DNA from: Dehalococcoidales bacterium
Lineage (GTDB): Bacteria; Chloroflexota; Dehalococcoidia; Dehalococcoidales; RBG-16-60-22
Length of the DNA stretch: 44,675 nucleotides
Assembly: GCA_035529715.1 (NCBI GenBank)
Contig: DATKWF010000009.1
Location: forward strand, 1-44,675
Direction of reading: 5' to 3'
In this document: piece by piece, positions 16,971 to 25,547 of the stretch
Layout of the letters: each line of letters begins with the position of its first letter
Position numbering within the stretch: position 1 is the first letter of the stretch
Translations under genes and position numbers: made by a program
Notes under the pieces: model-generated
What the model was told of the DNA's origin: nothing
Database searches by the model: none
Seen by the model: the letters and a program-made list of their open reading frames with translations, nothing else

Positions 16971-18011
16971 ATGATTATCGGCGATTTAGTATATGAGCTG
17001 GTGCAGATTCCCGGACCCACTGGCTTTGAGGGCCGCGTGTCCAATAGGCTGAAGGAACTTCTGAAAGACCACGTCGATGAGATGTACACCGATAAGATGG
17101 GCAATCTCATCGCCAAAAAGAACGGCACTGAAGGCAAGCACTCACTGGCACTGGAAGCTCACATGGATGAGGTTAGTATGGTGGTGCAGAAAGTTGATGA
17201 ATTTGTCTGGTTTGATAAACTGGGCTGGATTAATATGGCCAATCTAGCGGGAGCTCGGGTACTCATTCTGGGTGAAGAAAGAGATATTCCCGGTGTGGTT
17301 TGCTCTCCCAGTGCTCATTTCCAGGTACAGGGAGGTGAGCCGCAGCTATGGATTGATGTAGGTGACCGCCAAAAGTATGTTTCGGTGGGTGACCCTATCG
17401 TTAGCGTGGCTCCACCCCAGTGGCTGGACGACAACAAAACTATACTGGCTAGCCATTCCATTGATGACCGTGTCGGCTGTGCCATTATTGTCGAGGTAGC
17501 CCGAAAGCTGACCAAGAGACCAAAACACGATGTCTATTTTGTTGGCTCGGTTCAAGAGGAGATAGGCGGTTTTGGCGTCAAGCACATTCTTCGACAAATC
17601 TCTCCAGACTGGTTCATCGCTCTGGATACTGGTTTTGCTCAGGATGCTGTTCCTGATATTGGTAAGACTGTTCCGATGCAAACGGGTTTAGGTGTGCGCC
17701 GAGTTTCCTTTGCTCAACCCCGTGACCGTATCTACCCTGGCAGCATAAATTTTGCCAGTGAACGACTGAATAAATTGCTGATGGGAACTGCCAAGAAGTT
17801 GAATATTCCGTTTAATGTGGACGTAGCCACCAACTGTTTCTCCGACCATAATATAGCTTATGATGTAAACCCGGAGATGGATTCCACCTTCATGTTTGTA
17901 GCCAGGCGATACAGTCATTCACTCACTGAGGTAGCGGACATGACCAATGCCGAGCGTGCGGTGAATGTCCTCTGTCAGGCAATTACTGAAATGGACAAGT
18001 GGAACGAGTAA
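16971..18011 (+). CDS. M42 family peptidase (FrvX/CelM-type aminopeptidase)
   Basis: 346 aa, HMDEV and SIDDRVGC motifs, GGGAGG RBS. Confidence 0.85.
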   Translation: MIIGDLVYELVQIPGPTGFEGRVSNRLKELLKDHVDEMYTDKMGNLIAKKNGTEGKHSLALEAHMDEVSMVVQKVDEFVWFDKLGWINMANLAGARVLILGEERDIPGVVCSPSAHFQVQGGEPQLWIDVGDRQKYVSVGDPIVSVAPPQWLDDNKTILASHSIDDRVGCAIIVEVARKLTKRPKHDVYFVGSVQEEIGGFGVKHILRQISPDWFIALDTGFAQDAVPDIGKTVPMQTGLGVRRVSFAQPRDRIYPGSINFASERLNKLLMGTAKKLNIPFNVDVATNCFSDHNIAYDVNPEMDSTFMFVARRYSHSLTEVADMTNAERAVNVLCQAITEMDKWNE

Positions 18012-18062
18012 TGAAGGGCTATATGGGATAAACCCTTTAGGCTACCAACTGGCTAGATAAAG

Positions 18063-18109
18063 AAACAGAGCGTCGCCTGCTACTTCTTTTGGCATCGCGC
18101 TCTGTTTTT
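18063..18109. terminator. hairpin terminator, possibly bidirectional
   Basis: AAACAGAGCG (18063..18072) pairs with CGCTCTGTTT (18098..18107), followed by TT; long partly paired loop. Confidence 0.5.
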
Positions 18110-18114
18110 GTCTG

Positions 18115-18190
18115 TGGAGCGGGAGACGGGACTCGAACCCGCGACAACCTGCTTGGAAGGCAGGGACTCTGCCAACTGAGTTACTCCCGC
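18115..18190 (-). tRNA. tRNA-Gly (anticodon TCC)
   Basis: Hand-folded cloverleaf: acceptor GCGGGAG/CTCCCGC, anticodon loop CTTCCAA, T-loop GGTTCGAGTCC, encoded CCA. Confidence 0.9.
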
Positions 18191-18425
18191 CAAACTCTAT
18201 CTATTCTAACCTGCAACTATTCTTCTGTCAAAGAAAATCTTTTAATTCATCTGCCTCTTCTTGATGTATTTTGTTAAGGTCAATCATTTTTAATCCTATT
18301 AATTGGTACATAATTGAAAAGACAAGAGCCCCAGATTATTATGTCAAGTATGCCCTGCACGCATTTTATGTATTACATTTGCGATAAAGGATTAATGGCG
18401 GGCTATTTGCTCAAATGTCATAATA

Positions 18426-18459
18426 TTGATAATTGTCCACATTGACTTTATAATGTCAA
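18426..18459 (+). promoter_or_regulatory. candidate promoter with an inverted repeat bracketing the -10 box
   Basis: TTGATA (18426..18431), 17 nt, TATAAT (18449..18454); TTGAC (18442..18446) and GTCAA (18455..18459) flank the -10; 37 nt upstream of the XRE gene. Confidence 0.5.
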
Positions 18460-18495
18460 CTGCTATGTAATGTAAGCCCTTGCCTAATATAGTTT

Positions 18496-18702
18496 ATGGA
18501 GGCTATAATGGAGCAGCTTAAGGAAAAGGTAAGGGAATTACGGAAGAAAAGAGGCTGGTCACAGGAGGATTTAGCCAGGGAAGCGAGTGTTAGCCTCTCT
18601 ACAGTCCAGCGCTGGGAAAAGAAAGGCGGTGACCCCACCCGCCTCGCCCGTAGAGAACTCAGGAAGCTTTTCCATGAAGCTGGAATTGATAATAATGACT
18701 AA
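18496..18702 (+). CDS. XRE-family helix-turn-helix transcriptional regulator (small)
   Basis: 68 aa; RKKRGWSQEDLAREASVSLSTVQRWE is a classic HTH_3-like segment. Confidence 0.7.
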   Translation: MEAIMEQLKEKVRELRKKRGWSQEDLAREASVSLSTVQRWEKKGGDPTRLARRELRKLFHEAGIDNND

Positions 18703-18708
18703 GGGGAT

Positions 18709-19617
18709 GTGATGGCAGAATCGTTTCAACCTAAAGTTATCGCAGCTATGCCGGCATACAATGAGGAAAGCTACATCGGCACAATGGTGCTCAAGGCAAA
18801 GCAGTACGTTGATGAGGTGATTGTGGTTGATGATGGCAGCACCGATAATACTGCCAAAGTTGCCCGGCTTGCCGGAGCAACCGTGATTCGACATGATAGC
18901 AATAAAGGTAAGGGAGTAGCTCTCCAAGGGATATTAGCCGAGGCAAAGCGAAAAAGCCCTGATGTTCTTGTTCTCCTTGATGCTGATTTCCAGCACAATC
19001 CCGATGAAATACCCTATCTTATCAAGACTATTCTGGAAGGTTCTGACCTTGTTATTGGTACTCGGGAAGCACAAGCCAGTAAGACACCTCGTTATCGGCG
19101 GTTTGGACAGAAGATACTTTTATACTCAACTCGCCTTCTCTCGGGGAAGAAGCTCACTGATTCAGAATCTGGTTTCAGAGCCCTCTCCGCAAGAGCAATA
19201 TCTGGGATAAACCTGACGGAGAACGGGTTTGCTGTAGAAAGCGAGATGATAGCCAGAGCAACTGATGAGAGTCTTAAGATAACTGAAGTTCCAATCTCAA
19301 ACATATATACCAAAGATGGCTCAACCCTCAATCCGGTGGCACACGGACTGGGGGTTTTTGCACGGATAATAGCCATGATTTCAGAGCGGAGACCTCTCTT
19401 CTTCTTCGGGTGGGGTGGAGTCATCCTGGTAATTCTCGGGCTTGCTGCTGGTGGCAGAGTGCTTCAGATACTCTCCACCAGCGGGGTATTACCTGTTGGT
19501 ACTGCTCTGATAGCATCGCTCTTTTTTATTGTTGGGATATTCAGTGTGTTTACCGGTATGATATTACATGTGCTGGTGAGGAGGAGAGGCAGCACAATCA
19601 ACAATCATAACCATTGA
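18709..19617 (+). CDS. family 2 glycosyltransferase (polyprenyl-phosphate sugar synthase, GtrB/Dpm1-like)
   Basis: PAYNEE, VVDDGSTDNT and LDADFQH (DxD) motifs, two C-terminal TM helices. Confidence 0.85.
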   Translation: MMAESFQPKVIAAMPAYNEESYIGTMVLKAKQYVDEVIVVDDGSTDNTAKVARLAGATVIRHDSNKGKGVALQGILAEAKRKSPDVLVLLDADFQHNPDEIPYLIKTILEGSDLVIGTREAQASKTPRYRRFGQKILLYSTRLLSGKKLTDSESGFRALSARAISGINLTENGFAVESEMIARATDESLKITEVPISNIYTKDGSTLNPVAHGLGVFARIIAMISERRPLFFFGWGGVILVILGLAAGGRVLQILSTSGVLPVGTALIASLFFIVGIFSVFTGMILHVLVRRRGSTINNHNH

Positions 19618-19626
19618 TAGGAAAAT

Positions 19627-19923
19627 ATGCTGGAGATTAAAGTTTGTGAAATTAGGGGAATATGCCCGGTATATAAAGTCGGCGACCGAGCCATAATTGA
19701 TGGCCCGAGGATTTTACTTGATAAAACTGATGCTGTCTGTATCCATGCGTTTTCAACTCTGCTGCATTACGTAGTTGCCCTGGATGAAGGGGCTGACCCG
19801 GTAGAGCTTGGACTATCTAAGGACAAAGAGTATGCCTATATGCAGTGTGTTGACCCCGGGCAGCCATATACTGAGGGTGGGACAGTAGTCTTTCGGTGTC
19901 GGCGAGTGGAAGGAGAGCGATAG
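19627..19923 (+). CDS. small Cys-containing protein, TIGR04076-like
   Basis: 98 aa; GICPVYKVGD, then AVCIHAF, then CVDPG pattern recalled from TIGR04076; not verified by HMM. Confidence 0.5.
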   Translation: MLEIKVCEIRGICPVYKVGDRAIIDGPRILLDKTDAVCIHAFSTLLHYVVALDEGADPVELGLSKDKEYAYMQCVDPGQPYTEGGTVVFRCRRVEGER

Positions 19924-21000
19924 TTGAAGACTGCCATAGTGCTGGGAACCCGACCTGAAATCATCAAAATGTCTCCGGTGGTAAGAGCGCTAGAAGAAAG
20001 AAGCGCTGATTTCCTTATCATCCATACCGGCCAGCATTATTCCTACAATCTGGATAAAGTCTTTTTTGAACAGCTAAATCTGCCACTGGCCAGATACAAT
20101 TTAGAGGTTGGTTCAGGCTCACATGCTGAGCAAACGGCAAAAGCCCTTGTCAGCATTGAGGAGGTCTTGCTGAGAGAAAAGCCTGACATTGTTCTGGTTG
20201 AGGGTGATACTAATTCTGTGCTGGCTGGTGCTCTTGCTGCCGTAAAGCTCAACATAAAGGTAGGACACGTTGAGGCAGGATTACGGAGCTACGATAGGCG
20301 GATGCCTGAGGAAATTAATCGTATTCTGGCTGACCACTGTTCTGACTACTTATTTGCTCCCACCGCAAAGTCAAAGTCTATTCTGCTGGGTGAAGGTGTT
20401 CCAGATAAGAAAATATTTGTAACTGGAAATACCATCGTTGATGCCGTCTACCAGAATTTAGATTTAGCTGGTAAAAAGGCTGACGCCCTGAACAGCCTCC
20501 GCCTGCACCCAAATGGATACTTCCTGCTGACCCTGCACCGGCAGGAAAATGTCGATAACCCGGCCCGATTCGCTCCCATTTTAGAAGGCGTTAACAGGGT
20601 GTCGGCCAAGTTTCACTTGCCGATAATTTACCCTATCCATCCCCGCTCACGGAAGAGAATGAATGAGTCCGGGCTTGAAGCGAAAAACCTCAGCCTGATT
20701 GACCCCGTAGATTTCCTGAGTTTTCTTCAGCTTGAGAGCAAGGCCAAGCTGGTTCTGACCGATTCCGGGGGGGTCCAGGAGGAGACCTGTGTCCTTGGTG
20801 TACCCTGCTGTACCTTGCGTGACAGTACCGAGAGGCCGGAAACAATTGAGGTCGGTTCAAATATTCTGGCTGGTGCATCCTCAGAAAATATAGTCGCTTG
20901 CATTGAGCTTATGCTTGGCAAGAAAAACGATTGGCAAAATCCCTTCGGGGATGGAACAGCAGGAGAACAAATCGTTAAGATACTGGAGGCGAAGATATGA
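19924..21000 (+). CDS. wecB: UDP-N-acetylglucosamine 2-epimerase (non-hydrolysing)
   Basis: GTRPEIIKM, HVEAGLRS, DSGGVQEE motifs; TTG start directly after the previous stop. Confidence 0.85.
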   Translation: MKTAIVLGTRPEIIKMSPVVRALEERSADFLIIHTGQHYSYNLDKVFFEQLNLPLARYNLEVGSGSHAEQTAKALVSIEEVLLREKPDIVLVEGDTNSVLAGALAAVKLNIKVGHVEAGLRSYDRRMPEEINRILADHCSDYLFAPTAKSKSILLGEGVPDKKIFVTGNTIVDAVYQNLDLAGKKADALNSLRLHPNGYFLLTLHRQENVDNPARFAPILEGVNRVSAKFHLPIIYPIHPRSRKRMNESGLEAKNLSLIDPVDFLSFLQLESKAKLVLTDSGGVQEETCVLGVPCCTLRDSTERPETIEVGSNILAGASSENIVACIELMLGKKNDWQNPFGDGTAGEQIVKILEAKI

Positions 21001-21917
21001 AAATTCTGGTAACCGGTGGCCTGGGATTTATCGGTTCAAATCTTGTTCCTGAACTCAAAAAGAGAGGGCATGAGGTGTGGGTCTGCGACCTGGGACAATC
21101 GGAAGATTCAAATTACATTCGCTGTGATACAAGTAAATATCGTCATCTGGAGAGAGTGTTTACCCAGCATGATTTTGATTACGTCTACCACCTGGCTGCG
21201 GAATATGGGCGCTGGAACGGTGAAGATTATTATGAAAACCTGTGGCTAACCAATGTGATAGGCACCAAGAACATTATACGGCTTCAAGAAGTGAAGCGAT
21301 TTAAGATGATATTCTTCAGCAGTGCTGAGGTCTATGGCGACTATGAGGGTGTGATGAACGAGGACGTAATGGATAAGGTGCCGATAAAGCAGATGAATGA
21401 TTATGCCATGACCAAGTGGGTGGGAGAACTTCAGGTCTTGAACTCAGCAGCCATGTTTGGTACGGAAACAGTCAGGGTTCGTCCAGTCAATGCTTATGGG
21501 CCCCATGAATATTACAGTCCCTACCGTGGTGTGATACCTGCCTTCATCTACAAAGCCCTGAAAAATGAAGCCTATACTGTTTACCTGGGTCACAAGCGCA
21601 TCTTTGACTATGTTGAGGATACCTGTCGTACCTTCGCCAATATTCTGGAAAATTTTAAGCCCGGGGAAGCCTATAATGTCGGCGGTAAGGAAGAATGGGA
21701 ACATGATATTAAGTATGTCTCCGACCTCGTCCTGAAATGCCTGGGCAAGGATGACTCCATGGTCACTTATAAGGAGGCGGAGCCATTCACCACCAAGGTA
21801 AAACACATGGACTTTTCCAAGTCAAGGAAAGATTTAAACCATGACCCCAAAATCCCTTTGGAAGAAGGGATACCCAGAACAATTGAGTGGATGAAGAAAG
21901 TCTATGGCAAAAAATGA
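20997..21917 (+). CDS. NAD-dependent nucleotide-sugar epimerase/dehydratase
   Basis: VTGGLGFIGSNL Rossmann motif, YAMTK (YxxxK); ATGA overlap with wecB. Confidence 0.85.
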   Translation: MKILVTGGLGFIGSNLVPELKKRGHEVWVCDLGQSEDSNYIRCDTSKYRHLERVFTQHDFDYVYHLAAEYGRWNGEDYYENLWLTNVIGTKNIIRLQEVKRFKMIFFSSAEVYGDYEGVMNEDVMDKVPIKQMNDYAMTKWVGELQVLNSAAMFGTETVRVRPVNAYGPHEYYSPYRGVIPAFIYKALKNEAYTVYLGHKRIFDYVEDTCRTFANILENFKPGEAYNVGGKEEWEHDIKYVSDLVLKCLGKDDSMVTYKEAEPFTTKVKHMDFSKSRKDLNHDPKIPLEEGIPRTIEWMKKVYGKK

Positions 21918-23134
21918 AAATCCTTATTACTCAAGAAACAGACTGGCTGAAGCGTAATCCAGCACAGCAGCATCATTTAGCTGAAATGCTCTCGCTACGG
22001 GGGCACGAAGTCCGAGCCATTGATTACGAATTATTATGGAAGACGCAGGGTAAAAGAGAGTTATATTCAAGGCGACAGGTCTTTGGTAATGTGTCCAAAA
22101 TTCATGACCGGGCAAAAGTCAGCGTAATCCGCCCGGGCATCATCAAATTGCCATATTTGGATTACATTTCTCTGGTGATTTCTCACCGGAAGGAAATATT
22201 TCAGCAGATAAAGGAATTTAAACCGGATGTAATCGTTGGTTTTGGTATTCTAAATAGCTACCTGTCCGCAAGAGCCACTAAAGGAAGCAATATACCATTT
22301 ATCTACTACTGGATAGACGTGCTGCACAAGCTTGTACCTTCCGCACTATTCCGACCAATTGGCCGCGGAATAGAAAGCATAGCCCTGAAGTGGTCAGACA
22401 GGGTATTGGTGATTAACGATAAGCTTAGAGATTATGTGATAAAGCTGGGGGCTCCTCAGGAGCGAGTTCAAGTGCTTCGGGCTGGCATAAACACCAAGCA
22501 ATTCAACTCCACTTGTAACGGCGACCCGGTAAGGCAACAATACGGACTCGGAAAAGGAGATACCGTTCTTTTCTTCATGGGTTGGCTCTATAGATTTTCC
22601 GGCTTAAAAGAGGTCATTATACAATTGGCAAAAGATAAAAAACACGGGCTTAAGCTCCTCATCATCGGTGAGGGTGATAGCTATGAGGAACTCTGCAAGC
22701 TGCGGGAGGAATACCATCTGCAGAATCAGGTTATCCTTACCGGCAAGAAAGCTTATCAGGAAATCCCCGGCTTTATCGCTGCTGCGGATATTTGTCTTTT
22801 ACCTGCCTACCCCTGGGAACCAATAATGCAGGATATTGTCCCCATTAAAATGTATGAATACATGGCGATGGGTAAGCCAGTGATTTCTACCCGACTTCCA
22901 GGTATTGTAAAGGAGTTTGGCGAAGGTAATGGAGTGGTCTACATCAATAAGCCGGAAGATGCTATTGCCGAAGCCGTTGGACTCATTCAAAGTGGCAGTT
23001 GCCAGATGCTTGGTGCCAAAGCAAGAAGCCATGTTGAGAGATATAGTTGGGACAGCATAACTGATGAATTTGAAAGAATTTTAGAGCAAGCCATAAAGGA
23101 TAAACAGAAAAACTCCACATCTGGGCGAATGTAG
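21914..23134 (+). CDS. family 4 (GT-B) glycosyltransferase
   Basis: GT4-like C-terminal half; start placed at the ATG (MKILITQE) that overlaps the upstream stop as ATGA, rather than at 21887. Confidence 0.8.
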   Translation: MKILITQETDWLKRNPAQQHHLAEMLSLRGHEVRAIDYELLWKTQGKRELYSRRQVFGNVSKIHDRAKVSVIRPGIIKLPYLDYISLVISHRKEIFQQIKEFKPDVIVGFGILNSYLSARATKGSNIPFIYYWIDVLHKLVPSALFRPIGRGIESIALKWSDRVLVINDKLRDYVIKLGAPQERVQVLRAGINTKQFNSTCNGDPVRQQYGLGKGDTVLFFMGWLYRFSGLKEVIIQLAKDKKHGLKLLIIGEGDSYEELCKLREEYHLQNQVILTGKKAYQEIPGFIAAADICLLPAYPWEPIMQDIVPIKMYEYMAMGKPVISTRLPGIVKEFGEGNGVVYINKPEDAIAEAVGLIQSGSCQMLGAKARSHVERYSWDSITDEFERILEQAIKDKQKNSTSGRM

Positions 23135-23414
23135 ATAGCCTGCAGATTTTTATCATAGAACCCTCTCCTGCTGGCTCCATCCCCATCAAATAGTCGCCTG
23201 ATATCTATCAATACCGGCTTACTGCTCAATATACTTATAATTTTGTCCTTTAGCATTGCCTCAAAGTCTTATATTGCCCGATTCCAAATTAATCTTCAAG
23301 ATTACTCAGCTGTGGGTCACTGCAAACTTGGTATCCGGATGGGCAGATTATGGTGAATCACTTTTAAGCATGATGTGCTATACTGTTTTGAAGTATGAAG
23401 TTTAGAATCGGATA

Positions 23415-24356
23415 ATGGATAATCACAAATTTCAGGAGAGTGGGCATTTGCCATACGCACAATTGATTGTCAACCCCGTTGCCGGTGCTGGCAGAACCGC
23501 CAAGAAATGGCCACATATTATGAGTCTGTTAAGAAGCATCGGGTTTCATTTTGAACATGATTTTACTGAGGCTCCCGGTCATGCCCGGGAGCTTGCCAGA
23601 TTGGCTGCCAAAAAGGGCTGCGAACTGGTGGTAACCGTAGGCGGTGACGGCACGATAAACGAGGTTGTTAATGGTTTGTACGATGCGGGTAGCATTGCCG
23701 ATGTAATGCTGGGTATTATCAGTACCGGCACAGGGCGCGATTATATTCGCACTATTGGCATACCATGGGCCTACCAGGAAGCTTGCCAGTGCCTGATAAA
23801 CCCGAGAAAGCTCACCGTGGATGTTGGCGTCATTGAATATATGAGTGGTGGTCAGATGGTGAAACGATTATTCGTCAACTTCGCTGGACTGGGTTTTGAT
23901 GCTGAAATAGTAAGGACTACTACCCAAATATTTAAAGCTCTGGGTAATACTCTTTCTTACCTCACTGGATTGCTCAGCACCCTCCTGTTTTATCGGAATA
24001 AGAACATATCCCTTACGATAGATGGCAGCACAACGGAAAGAAAGATATGCACCGTTTTGATGAGCAATGGCAAGTACGGGGGTGGAGGTATGTTTGCTAC
24101 TCCTGATGCCAACCCTGCTGACGGCCTTCTTGACGTCTTAATAATAGGTAATTTGAGCAAGCCTGATCTTCTCTGGTCATTACCACGAGTTTACAAAGGT
24201 ACCCACCTAACCCACCCCAAAGTTATGATTGAGCAGGCAAGAGAGATAGAGATAAAGTCCACAGAATCAATATCTCTCCAGGCTGATGGTGAACTGCTTG
24301 GTGAATTGCCGGCCCGCTTTTACATCTTACCGGCGGCACTGAACATCATTGTTTAG
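23415..24356 (+). CDS. diacylglycerol kinase family lipid kinase (YegS/BmrU-like)
   Basis: VVTVGGDGTINEVVNG motif, 313 aa. Confidence 0.85.
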   Translation: MDNHKFQESGHLPYAQLIVNPVAGAGRTAKKWPHIMSLLRSIGFHFEHDFTEAPGHARELARLAAKKGCELVVTVGGDGTINEVVNGLYDAGSIADVMLGIISTGTGRDYIRTIGIPWAYQEACQCLINPRKLTVDVGVIEYMSGGQMVKRLFVNFAGLGFDAEIVRTTTQIFKALGNTLSYLTGLLSTLLFYRNKNISLTIDGSTTERKICTVLMSNGKYGGGGMFATPDANPADGLLDVLIIGNLSKPDLLWSLPRVYKGTHLTHPKVMIEQAREIEIKSTESISLQADGELLGELPARFYILPAALNIIV

Positions 24357-24412
24357 CTTTGACAGGCTTCAATGGGAACAACTCTACGCACTACTTGCTG
24401 GCTTTGGGGCTA

Positions 24413-24490
24413 TGGTCGGGGTGAGAGGATTTGAACCTCCGACCTCATGGTCCCAAACCATGCGCGCTAACCGGACTGCGCTACACCCCG
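24413..24490 (-). tRNA. tRNA-Pro (anticodon TGG)
   Basis: Acceptor CGGGGTG/CACCCCG, anticodon stem CATGG/CCATG with loop TTTGGGA, T-loop GGTTCAAATCC, encoded CCA. Confidence 0.9.
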
Positions 24491-24608
24491 CAGTTGAAGT
24501 ATATCAAAGCGTTTATCTAGGAGCAACCCCGAGGCTAGCCGATACTCCCGGACAAGGCAGCCGGAGCAAATATATTAAATACATTAACTGAAGCAGAAAC
24601 TAACACTG

Positions 24609-25547
24609 CTAATTGTTTCCAGCCGAGGCAGCGCATTTCTCCTTCAGCTTGTTGTATTCTTTGGTTACTCTTTCCTGAATCTTATTTATTGAGTCCTCAG
24701 TTAGATGCCTGAATCTGCCCTGTAGCTTTAGATATTCAGCAACTGGCTTGAGTTGTGCTGGGCTAACATTCATCTTATATTCACCGTTTTCCACTTCATA
24801 CAGGGGGAACACCCCGGTCTGCACTGCAAGACGACCCATCTTGATACTTGAATCGGTGGGACATCTCCAGCCGGTGGGGCAGACTGACAGGACATGAATA
24901 TAAGCCGGACCGGGAGTCGCCACCGCCTTGGATACTTTAGCCATCAAATCAAAAGGATAGCTGGGTGAGGCAGTAGCCACATACGGTATATCATGGGCAA
25001 CCGCAATTGCCGGCATGTTTTTCTTCCAGGTAACCTGCCCGATGCTTGCCTTACCCGCCGGCTGGGTGGTGGTTGAAGCACCGTAAGGGGTAGATGAAGA
25101 ACGCTGAATTCCGGTATTCATATAGGCTTCGTTGTCAAAGCAGATATATGTGAAGTCGTGGCCTCGCTCCAGCGCTCCGGAGAGAGCCTGCATACCGATA
25201 TCACTGGTACCGCCGTCGCCAGCTATAGCCACTACGTTAGTCTTCTCTTTTGCGCCTCTCCCCTTGCGTCTCAGGACTCTACAAGCTGCCTCTACACCGG
25301 AGGCTACCGCAGCCGTATTCTCAAACAGGGTATGAATCCACGGAACACGCCATGAAGTAGTGGGGAGTGGGGAGGAATATATTTCAATACAACCAGTAGC
25401 ACAAATAACAATGCTATTCCGGCCTATTGCTTTAGAGGCCAACCTTACGGCTAAAGACTCACCACAACCTATACAGGCACGGTGACCGGGAGCAAAAGGT
25501 TCGTCCTTGGTTATTGTTTGCTTGCCAATTTTAACGTAATTTTCCAT
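24609..25547 (-). CDS. porB: 2-oxoacid:ferredoxin oxidoreductase beta subunit (TPP-binding)
   Basis: CIGCGE and IAGDGGTSDIG motifs; last gene of the gamma-delta-alpha-beta cluster. Confidence 0.85.
   Translation of the reverse strand: MENYVKIGKQTITKDEPFAPGHRACIGCGESLAVRLASKAIGRNSIVICATGCIEIYSSPLPTTSWRVPWIHTLFENTAAVASGVEAACRVLRRKGRGAKEKTNVVAIAGDGGTSDIGMQALSGALERGHDFTYICFDNEAYMNTGIQRSSSTPYGASTTTQPAGKASIGQVTWKKNMPAIAVAHDIPYVATASPSYPFDLMAKVSKAVATPGPAYIHVLSVCPTGWRCPTDSSIKMGRLAVQTGVFPLYEVENGEYKMNVSPAQLKPVAEYLKLQGRFRHLTEDSINKIQERVTKEYNKLKEKCAASAGNN

Noticed and set aside
23135-23268. Minus-strand frame ..KPVLIDIRRLFDGDGASRRGFYDKNLQ.. resembling the extreme C-terminus of a nucleotide-sugar dehydrogenase, which would fit next to wecB
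   Set aside because: Only about 40 codons, bounded by an upstream in-frame stop, and running into the GT4 gene. The similarity is from memory of a loose pattern (DxR...GF.Y) and too weak to call a pseudogene without a search
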